Source: an uncultured cyanobacterium (GTDB lineage: Bacteria; Cyanobacteriota; Cyanobacteriia; Cyanobacteriales; Nostocaceae). From it: a stretch of 64,000 nucleotides of DNA. This document shows positions 50,765 through 60,864 of this stretch, piece after piece. The stretch lies in the NCBI GenBank assembly GCA_963706595.1, contig OY970166.1, positions 352,001 to 416,000 on the forward strand. The letters run 5' to 3'. Position numbers and translations under genes: made by a program. Position 1 is the stretch's first letter; each line of letters starts with the position of its first letter. Under the pieces are notes generated by a model. The model saw nothing but the letters and a program-made list of their open reading frames with translations. It ran no database searches and had not been told where the DNA came from.

Positions 50765-51340
50765 TTACCAAATCATCTCCAAATTCAAAACAAAACTATT
50801 TAACACGTCTTCCCCTGACACCGTAGCAGGAGACTCCAAAACCTCAACCTCTTTTCCTTGTCTATAAATCTCAACTTGCCGAGATTTACGATTAATTAAT
50901 AAACCTAAACGCACACCATTATCTATATATTCCCTCATCTTTTCCTGTGCAACCTTCAAACTATCACTTGGGGAAAGTAATTCAACCACAAAATCAGGAC
51001 AGATTGGGGGAAACTTTTCTTTTTGCTCCTCACTTAAACTATCCCATCTTGCTAACTTTATCCAAGAAGCACTAGGAGAACGTATCGCATTATTTGGTAA
51101 AATAAAACCGACATCAGAACCAAAAGCTACACCTAGCGATTCATGATCATTCCAATTCGCTAACTGAGCAGTTAAACCAGCATTAATATTGCTAGATATA
51201 CCACCCAATAAAGGCTTTAATATCAGACTACCATCAGCATTACGTTCAAATCTAATTAATTCATTGATTTGACATAATTCAAAAAATTGATTATCTGCTA
51301 TTTGAATTGATGGAGGTAGATAGAGAGTGATAAAATCCAT
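50765..51340 (-). CDS. Uma2-family (DUF820) endonuclease-like protein
   Basis: PICPDFVVELLSPSD, KMREYIDNGVRLG; RSPSASW where the paralogue has RSPDASW. Confidence 0.9.
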   Translation of the reverse strand: MDFITLYLPPSIQIADNQFFELCQINELIRFERNADGSLILKPLLGGISSNINAGLTAQLANWNDHESLGVAFGSDVGFILPNNAIRSPSASWIKLARWDSLSEEQKEKFPPICPDFVVELLSPSDSLKVAQEKMREYIDNGVRLGLLINRKSRQVEIYRQGKEVEVLESPATVSGEDVLNSFVLNLEMIW

Positions 51341-51347
51341 ATTTGTC

Positions 51348-51665
51348 CTACACCAATGTCATAACTTTATTATATTCTTCCTTATGACTTTGTAAAGCAT
51401 CCCAAACATCAATCTTTTGCTGAAGATTTAACCACAATCTCGGTCCATTACCTAAAGCTTTACCAAGACGAATTGCCATATCTACAGTAATTGATTTCTC
51501 CCCATTAATAATTTCCTGAATTGTTTGATTAGATACTCCTAACATTTCGGCAAAATTGTTAGGATTAATCTCTAAATCATCTAAAATATCTGCTATTACT
51601 TCACCTGGATGTATTGGTCTTACTAATCTATTTTGAGTAATATCTTGTAAATTATTCATAATCAA
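51348..51665 (-). CDS. higA: HigA-family addiction module antitoxin
   Basis: PIHPGEVI, HTH, MAIRLGKALG...WLNLQ. Confidence 0.88.
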   Translation of the reverse strand: MIMNNLQDITQNRLVRPIHPGEVIADILDDLEINPNNFAEMLGVSNQTIQEIINGEKSITVDMAIRLGKALGNGPRLWLNLQQKIDVWDALQSHKEEYNKVMTLV

Positions 51666-51680
51666 TACTACTTAAGTATT

Positions 51681-52016
51681 TTAACTCACAGCATATTCTG
51701 TAAACTGCCTCATAAAAGGAGACTGAAAACCTAACACAATATCCTCCTTGGAAACTCCAGCAGCTACCAAATTAGCAGCAATATCATCCTCTGTACCATT
51801 CCATTGCAGCCAAATTTTTCCACCTTTAATATCAATATGAATGATACAACTATGTACCCAATCTTGACCTTCCCAACCGACATGAACTATTTGATAATGA
51901 TCACGTTCTGTATCAAAAATTGTCTCAACTTCTATATTGCCGTAAGCTGGTTTTTGCTCACTATATTCCTGTAATATTTGTTGTACAAGCTGGCGATACC
52001 TAGTTAATTTATCCAT
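51681..52016 (-). CDS. xisI: XisI family protein
   Basis: FDTERDHYQ..VGW, IHIDIKGGKIWLQ, GVSKEDIVLGF. Confidence 0.92.
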   Translation of the reverse strand: MDKLTRYRQLVQQILQEYSEQKPAYGNIEVETIFDTERDHYQIVHVGWEGQDWVHSCIIHIDIKGGKIWLQWNGTEDDIAANLVAAGVSKEDIVLGFQSPFMRQFTEYAVS

Positions 52017-52423
52017 TTAAAAATCACCTCTTTCTCTACATCGTAAACAAGCATTTTTAACCGATTCTCTGATATCATATCTTTGGGAAAATCAAGTTGA
52101 AAAAATGTTTTGTAAGTTGTTAAAGGGACTGCTAAATATAAAACACGCTCCGGTTGTAATCTTCTCAATGCACCTCGATAATTAATAAATTGTCCTAATG
52201 CTGTATGAAATTCCGAAATAGCAGACGATTTTTCTAAAAAACTTTTGACTTCGACTGCAATTTTTTGTCCTTCCCGTTCTGCGGCTATCAGCTTTTCTGC
52301 GGCCAAATCAATAGAAAGATTAACTCCTCCTACACTAATTGTAAGTGGGTCATTAGTAACTTGCCAACCATCTTTTTGTAAAGCTATTTTGACAACTCCA
52401 TGAAAAATATCTTTAGCTGACAT
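52004..52423 (-). CDS. xisH: XisH family protein
   Basis: MSAKDIFH..VKIALQKDGW, KIAVEVKSF, FHTALGQFINYR, LYLAVP. Confidence 0.92.
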   Translation of the reverse strand: MSAKDIFHGVVKIALQKDGWQVTNDPLTISVGGVNLSIDLAAEKLIAAEREGQKIAVEVKSFLEKSSAISEFHTALGQFINYRGALRRLQPERVLYLAVPLTTYKTFFQLDFPKDMISENRLKMLVYDVEKEVIFKWIN

Positions 52424-52565
52424 ACATATCTATAATTATATTGCTTATTCTATAATTACAGTACCAGGAAGCGATACCTTCGGTCAGCTTCCCTATCACA
52501 TTCCCCACATCCCCAAAACAGCGATCGCACATCTTTACATTCCCAATATCTAATACAACTTCATA

Positions 52566-53729
52566 TCATGAATCAATAGGTTTTTCCACAGCATTAGTTA
52601 GCACTTCATTTATCCAACTCTTAATATCCATACCAGATTTTTCCGCAGCAATATAAATTTTATGATGATTTTCAGGGGTTGTTTTAATCTGTATATTACC
52701 TGTAAATTTAGTTTTTACTTTTCCTTCATTTGCTTTAGCTGCACTGAACAATACTCCAATGTTTGACAATTTTGAAAGCTTTCTATCTATTTCTCCCCAT
52801 TTTTTAAGTGTATCATGAATGTTTTGCTCATATAGTAATTTTTTTGCTTGAACCTTCCAGTTGTCTATTTGTTTTTTTGATATATTTCCCATGCCATATT
52901 CATCTTTGATATATTGAAGAAAATTGTCTATATCTTCTTCACTAATAGGTGTATCATCTCTTTGATTAATTGGCTCATCATTAAGTAATTTTTCTAGTTC
53001 TTCGTAAAATATTTTAGATGAACTCAAGGAATTAATTACATAGATAATCATCTTATTTAAGATATGTATTCTTCTTATTAAATCATTAGATAATATTTGA
53101 TTAATGTTTTGGAAATATATCTTATCTGCTTCTAATTCATATTGACTCAGCACCTTTTCTATTAATTCATAATAGGTGATACAGTCATGTTCTAAAAACT
53201 TATTTAACAAACCTTTCGATTCTATATATTTAAGCAGTTTTTGCTCTTCCCAATGGTTGAGATTTTCATGATGAACAATTAGATCATATTCATAGTCTGC
53301 TGGATATAACGTAGCTGCTTTTAGAATCTCTATTATTATTTGATAATAAATTTTAACTAAGCAAATTATCACTTCATCTTCTCTCAACTTAGCCTCGTGA
53401 AAAGTGTCATTTCTTAACCGACGCATTTCTACTATGAATTGATATTGTTGTTCATCTACAACCCAACCAAATTCTTTTTTTATAAACTTTACTCTTTCGT
53501 TGAAATGCTCTCTTATCTCAATCATTACTCGATCATTTATTTCTAACTGATACTCATGTCGAGATTGACTAATAAAGTGACCTGTGATTATATCTGCTGA
53601 ACTATCTAGTAAAAAAAGGGCTATTCTAGCTCCGAGTATATTATTCTGTTTTAGTTGAAATTGAACAGCTTCAATTTGTTCAAGATGTTTAATAAGCTCT
53701 AAATCGGAAAAGTTTCTAGGGTATGCCAT
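52566..53729 (-). CDS. Uncharacterised protein: candidate HEPN (RxxxxH) domain plus C-terminal HicB-like RHH
   Basis: RIALFLLD helix, RNDTFH, terminal FTGNIQIKTTPENHHKIYIAAEKSGMDIKSWINEVL; very AT-rich; ATG at 53729. Confidence 0.6.
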   Translation of the reverse strand: MAYPRNFSDLELIKHLEQIEAVQFQLKQNNILGARIALFLLDSSADIITGHFISQSRHEYQLEINDRVMIEIREHFNERVKFIKKEFGWVVDEQQYQFIVEMRRLRNDTFHEAKLREDEVIICLVKIYYQIIIEILKAATLYPADYEYDLIVHHENLNHWEEQKLLKYIESKGLLNKFLEHDCITYYELIEKVLSQYELEADKIYFQNINQILSNDLIRRIHILNKMIIYVINSLSSSKIFYEELEKLLNDEPINQRDDTPISEEDIDNFLQYIKDEYGMGNISKKQIDNWKVQAKKLLYEQNIHDTLKKWGEIDRKLSKLSNIGVLFSAAKANEGKVKTKFTGNIQIKTTPENHHKIYIAAEKSGMDIKSWINEVLTNAVEKPIDS

Positions 53730-53841
53730 TTTAGTATTCAGTAAATGATAAATATTGTTTAACTTCAACAAAAAACCAATCAAAACTTTCTTTGATTGGT
53801 TACTTACACCTTAAAAAGCACCTTTTGTTATACATAATAAG

Positions 53842-54423
53842 CTACCAAATTATCCCTAAATTCAAAACAAACCCCTTTAAAACATCTTCCCCCGAAACCG
53901 TAGCAGGAGAATCTAAAACCTCAACCTCTTTTCCTCGTCTATAAATCTCAACTTGCCGAGATTTACGATTAATTAATAAACCTAAACGCACACCATTATC
54001 TATATATTCCCTCATCTTGTCCTGTGTAGTCTTCAAACTATCACTAGGAGAAAGTAACTCAATTACAAAATCTGGACAAATGGGAGGAAACTTTTGTTTT
54101 TCTTCATCACTTAAAGCATTCCATCTTTCTAACTTTATCCAAGAAGCATCAGGAGAACGATCTGCACCATTAGGCAATTTAAAACAGGTAGAAGAATCAA
54201 AAGCTATTCCCTTACCATCAGCATCAGTCCAATTAAATAATTGTTGATTTAGTCTACCATTACGATTTCCCGTTTCTCCTCCCGTTGGTGGCATAATTAT
54301 TAAATCACCATTTGCTGTTCTTTCAAATCTCAATTCCCGGTTGTTTTGACATAGCTGAAAAAACTGCTCATCAGTCATATCTATCACTGATTTTAAATTG
54401 ACAGTTAAAGCATTCATAGCCAT
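53842..54423 (-). CDS. Uma2-family (DUF820) endonuclease-like protein
   Basis: IMPPTGGETG, RSPDASW, PDFVIELLSPSD. Confidence 0.92.
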   Translation of the reverse strand: MAMNALTVNLKSVIDMTDEQFFQLCQNNRELRFERTANGDLIIMPPTGGETGNRNGRLNQQLFNWTDADGKGIAFDSSTCFKLPNGADRSPDASWIKLERWNALSDEEKQKFPPICPDFVIELLSPSDSLKTTQDKMREYIDNGVRLGLLINRKSRQVEIYRRGKEVEVLDSPATVSGEDVLKGFVLNLGIIW

Positions 54424-54619
54424 ATCCTACAATTACAAAAATTGTTATTTCGCCCAAATCATGAACTAATCTCTCTCTTCCTTTGCTCCTTAGCACCTTT
54501 GCGCGAAACCCACAACAATTATATCAAATTCCCAACACCTCTCTGCGCCTCTGCGCCTCTGCGTGAAAAAAAATCAACTCATTTAAAAATAGGCAGGTAT
54601 AAAACCTGCCCATGTAATC

Positions 54620-57600
54620 CTATTCTATGCCTTCAATCCGGTCTTCAACCTCTTGGTACAACTCGCGCAGACAATCTAAATTATCGTCGCTAGTCTCCCA
54701 ATAACCGCGACCATTCATTTCCAACAACGTGGAAACAATCTTGCGGAAAGAATGGGGGTTGAGATTCATCAACCGTTTCTGCATTTCTTCATCTTTGATG
54801 AAGGTTTCGTTGGTATCCTCATAAATCCAGTTATCCACAGCGCCGGCGGTCGCACTCCAACCAGTGGTATTTACTAACCGCTTGGAAAGTTCGCGTACAC
54901 CTTCGTAACCGTGAGATAACATCCCCTCGTACCATTTGGGATTTAACAACTTGGTACGCGCATCTAAACGCACGGTTTCGGTTAACGATCGCACTTGTGC
55001 ATTCGCTGTGGTAGTGTCTGCAATGTATGATGCTGGTGTCTTACCATCTTTACGCAGACTTGCGACTAACTTAGTAGGATCTGAGTCAAAGTAGTGGGAA
55101 ACGTCCGTTAAGCTAATCTCCGAAGAGTCCAGGTTTTGGAATGTAGCATCAGCAGTTTTCAAAGAGGTTTCAAACATCTGCCGTGACTCATCCATCACAC
55201 CGGGGTTATCGGAATTGAAGGAGAATGATTTCCGTCTCAGGTACATTTCCTGCAACTCGGCTTCACTATCCCAAGTGCTGTTTTCTACCGCCAAGTTGAT
55301 ATTTGACGAGTAAGAACCAGAAGCATTGGAGAATACGCGAGTCGCTGCTTGTCTGAGGTTAATTCCCATTTCCTCAGCTTGTTTCAAAGCGTGTTGGCGA
55401 ACAAAGTTCATTTCTAAGGGTTCATCAGCCTCAGCAGCCATTTTCACGCCTTGGTCTAGGAGGTTCATTTGGTTAATGAACAAGTCGCGGAATACACCAG
55501 AACAGTTGATAACTACATCAATTCTGGGTCGTCCCAACTCTTCCAAAGATATTAACTCTAACTTGTTCACCCGTCCCAAAGCATCGGGAACCGGACGCAC
55601 ACCAATCATCCACATGATTTGTGCCAGGGATTCACCGTAAGTTTTGATGTTATCGGTTCCCCAGAGAACACAGGCGATGGTTTCTGGCCATTTACCCTCA
55701 TTTTCTGCCTTGTTACGTTCCAAGAGCCGATCTACAACGATTTTGGCTGATTGGACTGCGGCGGCTGTGGGAATTGATTGGGGGTCTAGGGCGTGGATAT
55801 TCTTACCTGTAGGCAATACATCCGGGTTGCGGATGGGATCTCCACCAGGGCCAGGTAGAACATATTCGCCTTCTAAGCCTTGGAGTAATGCGCCGAGTTC
55901 GTTATCTGCACAAACTTGTTTTAAGCAGAATTCCAAATACTCAAACACTGGTTTTAAGGCTTCTGGGTCAACTTTGGGATAGCCGGCTTTATGTAAAGCT
56001 TCTACCCAAGGTTCTTTTTTACCCATGTTGAAGAAGTTCAACCGGGAAACCAAAGAAACTCTGCCTTCAGCGTCGGTTTGCGCTTTTACCAGTGCGCCCA
56101 CTGCGTCACGGGTGGCTAGGGTGATGTCTTGTAATAATTGGACATCTTCTAAGTTGCCGAGGTCGCTGTTTTTGTAAATGTCGTCTATGTCACGCCCGAT
56201 GCTGCTGGCAATTATCCGGGGTAAGCTGAGAAGTTCTTCTTCTTGACGATCTAAACTACCAATGTTAACTAGGGTAGCTACTGCTTCTTCCGCACTTGGT
56301 GGTTTACCAATGACGTGCAACCCACAAGGTAACAACCTAGATTCAATTTCCATTAACTTCCGGTAGACGCTACCAACGATATGATCTCGCTCATCGGCGG
56401 TCATGTCTTTGGCATCGGTTTCTGGTAAGTTAATATCTTTATCCAGGTTGACGATCCGGCATTTATCCATGATCGTGTTGACAATGGGAATACCGCGCCC
56501 ACTATCTTTTAAGGTTTGGTATGAAGCGATTAATTCGCTGAGTTCTTTCAAACCTTTGTATAACCCGGCGTTTTCTGCGGGTGGTGTCAGGTAGGAAATT
56601 GTTTCAGCGTAACTGCGGCGTTTGGCAATTGTCGCTTCACTGGGGTTATTGGCTGCGTAGTAATACAGGTTGGGAATTGAACCAATTAAGTTGTCTGGGT
56701 AACAGTCTCCAGACATCCCCATTTGCTTACCGGGCATGAATTCCAAGGAACCATGTGTACCAAAGTGCAGTACGGCATCCGCGCCCCAAATTTGCTCTAG
56801 GTAGGTGTAATAAGCTGCAAACCCGTGGTGAGGACTGGCTGAACGGGAGAACAATAGCCGCATCGGATCGCCTTCGTAACCAAATGTGGGCTGTACGCCG
56901 ATGAAGACGTTACCAAATTGTTTTCCGTAAATCAGCAGGTTCTGCCCATCGCTGTTGAGGTTTCCGGGAGGTGGTCCCCAGTTTTCTTCTAGGCGTTGGG
57001 AGTAGGGGGTGAGTGCTTCATACTCTGGGACTGACATCTTGTAAGCGATGTTCAGTTCTGGGCTGGAATACTGTGCCTGTGCATCGTGGATGACTTGTTC
57101 CATTAACGCTTGAGCGCTTTCGGGAACGTCTTGCACGTCGTAGCCGTTGTTTCTTAGCCCTTTTAATACTTCAAATATGGAACCGAATACATCTAAGTAA
57201 GCTGCGGTTCCCACGTTGCCTTTATCTGGAGGGAAGCTAAAAACGGTGATGGCAACTTTTTTGTCGAGTTTGGGCTTGCGGCGCAGGTTAGCCCATTTTA
57301 AGGCTCTTTGGGCTATGGCTTCTACTCGATCTTGGAGAGCGTGTGCTTTTCCTGTCGCCCCATCTCTACCTGATAAAATTATCGGCTCAATGGCTCCATC
57401 TAATTCAGGAATAGCAATTTGTAAAGCTACTTGAATGGGATGTAAACCCAAGTCGCTATCCATCCACTCTTCTGTGGTTTGGAAGACTAAGGGCAACGCT
57501 ACCATATAAGGACGATTCAGGCGTTTGAGTGATTCAATGGCTTTGGGATGGTCTTGTCTAGCTGGACCACCAACTAAGGCAAACCCAGTCAAGGAAATCA

Positions 57601-58606
57601 CTGCATCAATCAGCGTTGTGTTGGTAGTTGGTTCATAAAAGTAAGCATCCACGGGTTTGGAGAAATCCAATCCCCCAGCAAATACAGGAATTACTCTGGC
57701 TCCAAGTGATTCCAATTCCTGGACAATGGCTACATAATGGGCATCATCACCTGTGACTAGGTGCGTGCGTTGTAATACTAAACCCACACAAGGAGCTAAG
57801 GGATCTTTTAAATCACTAGAAATATCTTTGCGGGCGCTGTACCAATTCAGGTATTCTCTTATATCCTCAAACATCGTAGTCGCCAAAGGATGCCAAATTC
57901 CCATATCGGGATACACAACTGGCGCTTCATACTTAGCAGCAGCAAAGCTTTCTTTTTCTGCGCCTTTTAACACGTATTTATCAGCCAACATCAGCAGGAA
58001 GTTTTCCAGGTTTTCGGCTGAACCACCTAACCAATACTGAAAACTCAGCATGAAGTTACGCGCGTCTTGTGCTTTTTCCATTGGTAGGAATTTCAGCACT
58101 TGGGGGAGAGTTCGCAGCAACTTCAGCATTCCATCTTGGAAGCCAGCGCCGGATTTTTCTTTGCGCTTCTTCATGAAGTTGGCGATAACGCTCTTAGATT
58201 GCCCTAATTGCGCCAAAGAGAAGCTACCCATTTTATTCAGGCGCATTACTTCTGGCATGGAGGGGAAGACAACCGATACATCTAGATTATCACGATGTGG
58301 TTCAACCGCCGCAACTACTTTTTGTGCTAGGTCTTCAATAAAAATTAGAGAAGCAATGAATATATTAGCGCTGGCTATATCGCGCTTGAAATCCTCATAA
58401 TTGTCTGAGTTGCGTAGTTCTTCAATCAAGTAACCACTAATTTCAATGGCGACGCTGGGATGATTGGCGTTAATTTCCCGCACTGCTTGAGATAAGGAAC
58501 TTTGATATTGGGACTCAAGAACAATGTAAACGACCTTGATTAACTTACGTCCCCGTAAATCGTCAGGTGCAATATGTCGAATTGTGGACTTGACCTGGGT
58601 GAACAT
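54620..58606 (-). CDS. chlH: Magnesium chelatase subunit H
   Basis: 1328 aa; [43 protein letters not shown]. Confidence 0.96.
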   Translation of the reverse strand: MFTQVKSTIRHIAPDDLRGRKLIKVVYIVLESQYQSSLSQAVREINANHPSVAIEISGYLIEELRNSDNYEDFKRDIASANIFIASLIFIEDLAQKVVAAVEPHRDNLDVSVVFPSMPEVMRLNKMGSFSLAQLGQSKSVIANFMKKRKEKSGAGFQDGMLKLLRTLPQVLKFLPMEKAQDARNFMLSFQYWLGGSAENLENFLLMLADKYVLKGAEKESFAAAKYEAPVVYPDMGIWHPLATTMFEDIREYLNWYSARKDISSDLKDPLAPCVGLVLQRTHLVTGDDAHYVAIVQELESLGARVIPVFAGGLDFSKPVDAYFYEPTTNTTLIDAVISLTGFALVGGPARQDHPKAIESLKRLNRPYMVALPLVFQTTEEWMDSDLGLHPIQVALQIAIPELDGAIEPIILSGRDGATGKAHALQDRVEAIAQRALKWANLRRKPKLDKKVAITVFSFPPDKGNVGTAAYLDVFGSIFEVLKGLRNNGYDVQDVPESAQALMEQVIHDAQAQYSSPELNIAYKMSVPEYEALTPYSQRLEENWGPPPGNLNSDGQNLLIYGKQFGNVFIGVQPTFGYEGDPMRLLFSRSASPHHGFAAYYTYLEQIWGADAVLHFGTHGSLEFMPGKQMGMSGDCYPDNLIGSIPNLYYYAANNPSEATIAKRRSYAETISYLTPPAENAGLYKGLKELSELIASYQTLKDSGRGIPIVNTIMDKCRIVNLDKDINLPETDAKDMTADERDHIVGSVYRKLMEIESRLLPCGLHVIGKPPSAEEAVATLVNIGSLDRQEEELLSLPRIIASSIGRDIDDIYKNSDLGNLEDVQLLQDITLATRDAVGALVKAQTDAEGRVSLVSRLNFFNMGKKEPWVEALHKAGYPKVDPEALKPVFEYLEFCLKQVCADNELGALLQGLEGEYVLPGPGGDPIRNPDVLPTGKNIHALDPQSIPTAAAVQSAKIVVDRLLERNKAENEGKWPETIACVLWGTDNIKTYGESLAQIMWMIGVRPVPDALGRVNKLELISLEELGRPRIDVVINCSGVFRDLFINQMNLLDQGVKMAAEADEPLEMNFVRQHALKQAEEMGINLRQAATRVFSNASGSYSSNINLAVENSTWDSEAELQEMYLRRKSFSFNSDNPGVMDESRQMFETSLKTADATFQNLDSSEISLTDVSHYFDSDPTKLVASLRKDGKTPASYIADTTTANAQVRSLTETVRLDARTKLLNPKWYEGMLSHGYEGVRELSKRLVNTTGWSATAGAVDNWIYEDTNETFIKDEEMQKRLMNLNPHSFRKIVSTLLEMNGRGYWETSDDNLDCLRELYQEVEDRIEGIE

Positions 58607-58968
58607 TCAGATAGGCTCCTTTGAGGCGTGTTCTCATGAAGTTCATCATGGCTGATATGGCCGTTTGTAACTTCAATTATTTTCGGCAATAAGAGTTTTT
58701 TAGCAGAAAACTCCTATTCTGTGGGGATTTTGTCCCCTACATGACACAAAATGATATAAAAAACGTCATTTTATTTAACAAATCTTAATAAAGAATAAAG
58801 TATTTGCTGTTTATTTGTAAATTCTGTTGACATAAAGAATCTTTCATGTAATAAAAGATTCACACTGTCAGTATTGTGGTATTCTGGTTTTGAGTTTGAG
58901 GGCGATCGCTCTTGCTTTATCTAGCAGTGAGTGTTCGAGATGAGTTGAAAAGTTTATGTCGTTAATTT

Positions 58969-59631
58969 ATGCCCTTAGTAAGAGTCCCTATTGGTAGGAA
59001 ATATACAGTCACAGCTACTGGATCGCTAATAAAACAAGTCTGTTGTGAAAAATGTAATTATGAATATCAATATAAAGTTCAAAGGATTGGAACAGGTTAT
59101 GGAACGAGTTTATTATGGCTAGATAATGATGGGGCTAGTCAACGAGCTAATAGAAATGCTAGTTCTGATCTTGATAAAAAACTTGCCAGAGCAATAGAGC
59201 CAATTCCCTGCCCGTCTTGTCGCTGGTATCAGCGTAATATGATTAGCATCGTAAAGTTAAGGGAGGCAAAAAATACCTTACTCTTTGGTTTACTGACAGC
59301 ATTTGTCATTTTTTTAGTATCGTCGCTTGGAGCTTCAGTATTTAAGAAATTGGCCCCATTATTTTCAATTTTAATTCAGATTTCTGTTTTGTTGGTGCCG
59401 TTCTCATTTATAACCGCATCTGTTTGGTATATATTGTTTAATCCTAATAAGGATATTCCTTTGGGAAAATTAATTAGATATAAATTTATCAGTTTTAAAA
59501 ATAAATTTAAGTATAAAAACTCGATTGTAGTTAACTGTAGTAGTTGTGGTCAAAAAATCAGATTTCCTAATAAAGAAAATATAAAAATATCCTGTCCGAA
59601 GTGTAAATCAACATTTATTAATACGTTATAG
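58969..59631 (+). CDS. Hypothetical membrane protein with four CxxC motifs
   Basis: CEKC, CPSC, two TM segments, CSSC...CPKC; AT-rich. Confidence 0.7.
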   Translation: MPLVRVPIGRKYTVTATGSLIKQVCCEKCNYEYQYKVQRIGTGYGTSLLWLDNDGASQRANRNASSDLDKKLARAIEPIPCPSCRWYQRNMISIVKLREAKNTLLFGLLTAFVIFLVSSLGASVFKKLAPLFSILIQISVLLVPFSFITASVWYILFNPNKDIPLGKLIRYKFISFKNKFKYKNSIVVNCSSCGQKIRFPNKENIKISCPKCKSTFINTL

Positions 59632-59641
59632 AAGTTGCTGT

Positions 59642-60151
59642 GTGATCGCTTTTGGGGATGTTGGGTGCGATAGCGCAAGCGCTGACTTGTCAGTTCGTTT
59701 TTGGGGATGTTGGAGTGCGATCATTTTTTGGGATGTTGAAGTGCGATCGTTTTTGGGAATGTGGGAGAGCGATCGCTTTTTGGGGATGTGGGAGGGCGAT
59801 AGCGCAAGCGCTGACTTGTCAGTTCGTTTTTTGGGATGTTGGGGTGCGATCGTTTTTGGGATGTTGAGGTGCTATCACTGTTTGGGTTTGTGGGGTGCGA
59901 TCGTTTTTGGGGTGTTGGGAGTGCGATAGCGCAAGCGCTGACTTGTCAGTTCGTTTTTGGGGTGTTGGGAGTGCGATAGCGCAAGCGCTGACTTGTCAGT
60001 TCGTTTTTGAGATGTTGGGGTGCGATCGTTTTTGGGATGTTGAGGTGCTATCACTGTTTGGGTTTGTGGGGTGCGATCGCTGTTTAGGATGTTGGAGTGC
60101 GATCGCCTAAAATTAGAGTAGTGCGATCGCGAAGCGCTCCGTAGGAATCGC
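59642..60151. repeat. HIP1-anchored degenerate tandem array with four identical 24-nt inserts
   Basis: ~22-nt units TTTTTGGGATGTTGGGGTGCGATCG; GCGATAGCGCAAGCGCTGACTTGTCAGTTCGTTTTT at 59667, 59796, 59923, 59973. Confidence 0.88.
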
Positions 60152-60224
60152 CTGAATAATCTATAACTTGTGGCATAATCATAATGTAAATTTTAGGAAT
60201 AGAAATTTAAAATTTAGTATAATA

Positions 60225-60515
60225 ATGAATAAGTTGGAATTTACTTGGGATTCACAAAAAGCCGAGAGTAATATTCAAAAACATGGAATTTCTTTTGAAG
60301 AAGCAAAATCTGCCTTTGTTGATGATAATGCTCGTTTAATTTATGATCCCGATCATTCTCAAGGTGAAGATAGATTTATTTTATTAGGAATCAGTGTTTA
60401 TTATCGCCTTTTAGTTGTTTGTCATTGTTATCGAGAAAATGATACAATAATTCGGATTATTTCAGCTAGAAAAGCAAATAAACTAGAACAAAAACAATAT
60501 CAGGAGTTCCTATGA
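60225..60515 (+). CDS. BrnT-family toxin
   Basis: FTWDSQKAESNIQKHGISFEEA, EDRFILLG, IRIISARKA. Confidence 0.9.
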   Translation: MNKLEFTWDSQKAESNIQKHGISFEEAKSAFVDDNARLIYDPDHSQGEDRFILLGISVYYRLLVVCHCYRENDTIIRIISARKANKLEQKQYQEFL

Positions 60516-60727
60516 GAGAAAATTATGATTTTTCTAAATCCGTCAAAAATCCCTATTCTAAACAATTAAAAGAACAAGTTACAATTGATTTAGAAAAGGA
60601 GATTATTCAATACTTTGAAGAAATAGCTCAAGAAACAGGTATTTCTTATTTGAATTTAATTAATCTTTATCTGCGTGAATGTATGGAAAATAAACGCAAA
60701 TTATCGTTAATGGAAAGCAACAATTAA
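60512..60727 (+). CDS. BrnA-like antitoxin
   Basis: MRENYDFS...KNPY...VTIDL...YF...ETGISY.NLINLYL; ATGA overlap with toxin. Confidence 0.85.
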   Translation: MRENYDFSKSVKNPYSKQLKEQVTIDLEKEIIQYFEEIAQETGISYLNLINLYLRECMENKRKLSLMESNN

Positions 60728-60864
60728 TCGCCATTTAGGAATAAGTTGGGAGTGCGATCGCCCCTCTTGCTAAGGTGCGTTAAATTTCATTAATGAACTT
60801 TTTGTAGGCGTTGCTGATTTCATGTATGAAAATGATATTACGTGATTTCAAAACCCAATGACTA

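Noticed and set aside
51681..52423. fdxN-type excision element implied by xisHI
   Set aside because: No XisF-like recombinase or interrupted gene nearby; xisHI pairs are common stand-alone modules
59667..60010. CRISPR array (four identical ~36-nt repeats)
   Set aside because: Spacing is irregular, the intervening DNA is itself repeated HIP1 units rather than unique spacers, and no cas genes are present
59642..60110. Three Cys/Trp/Gly-rich ORFs
   Set aside because: Open frames produced by a low-complexity repeat
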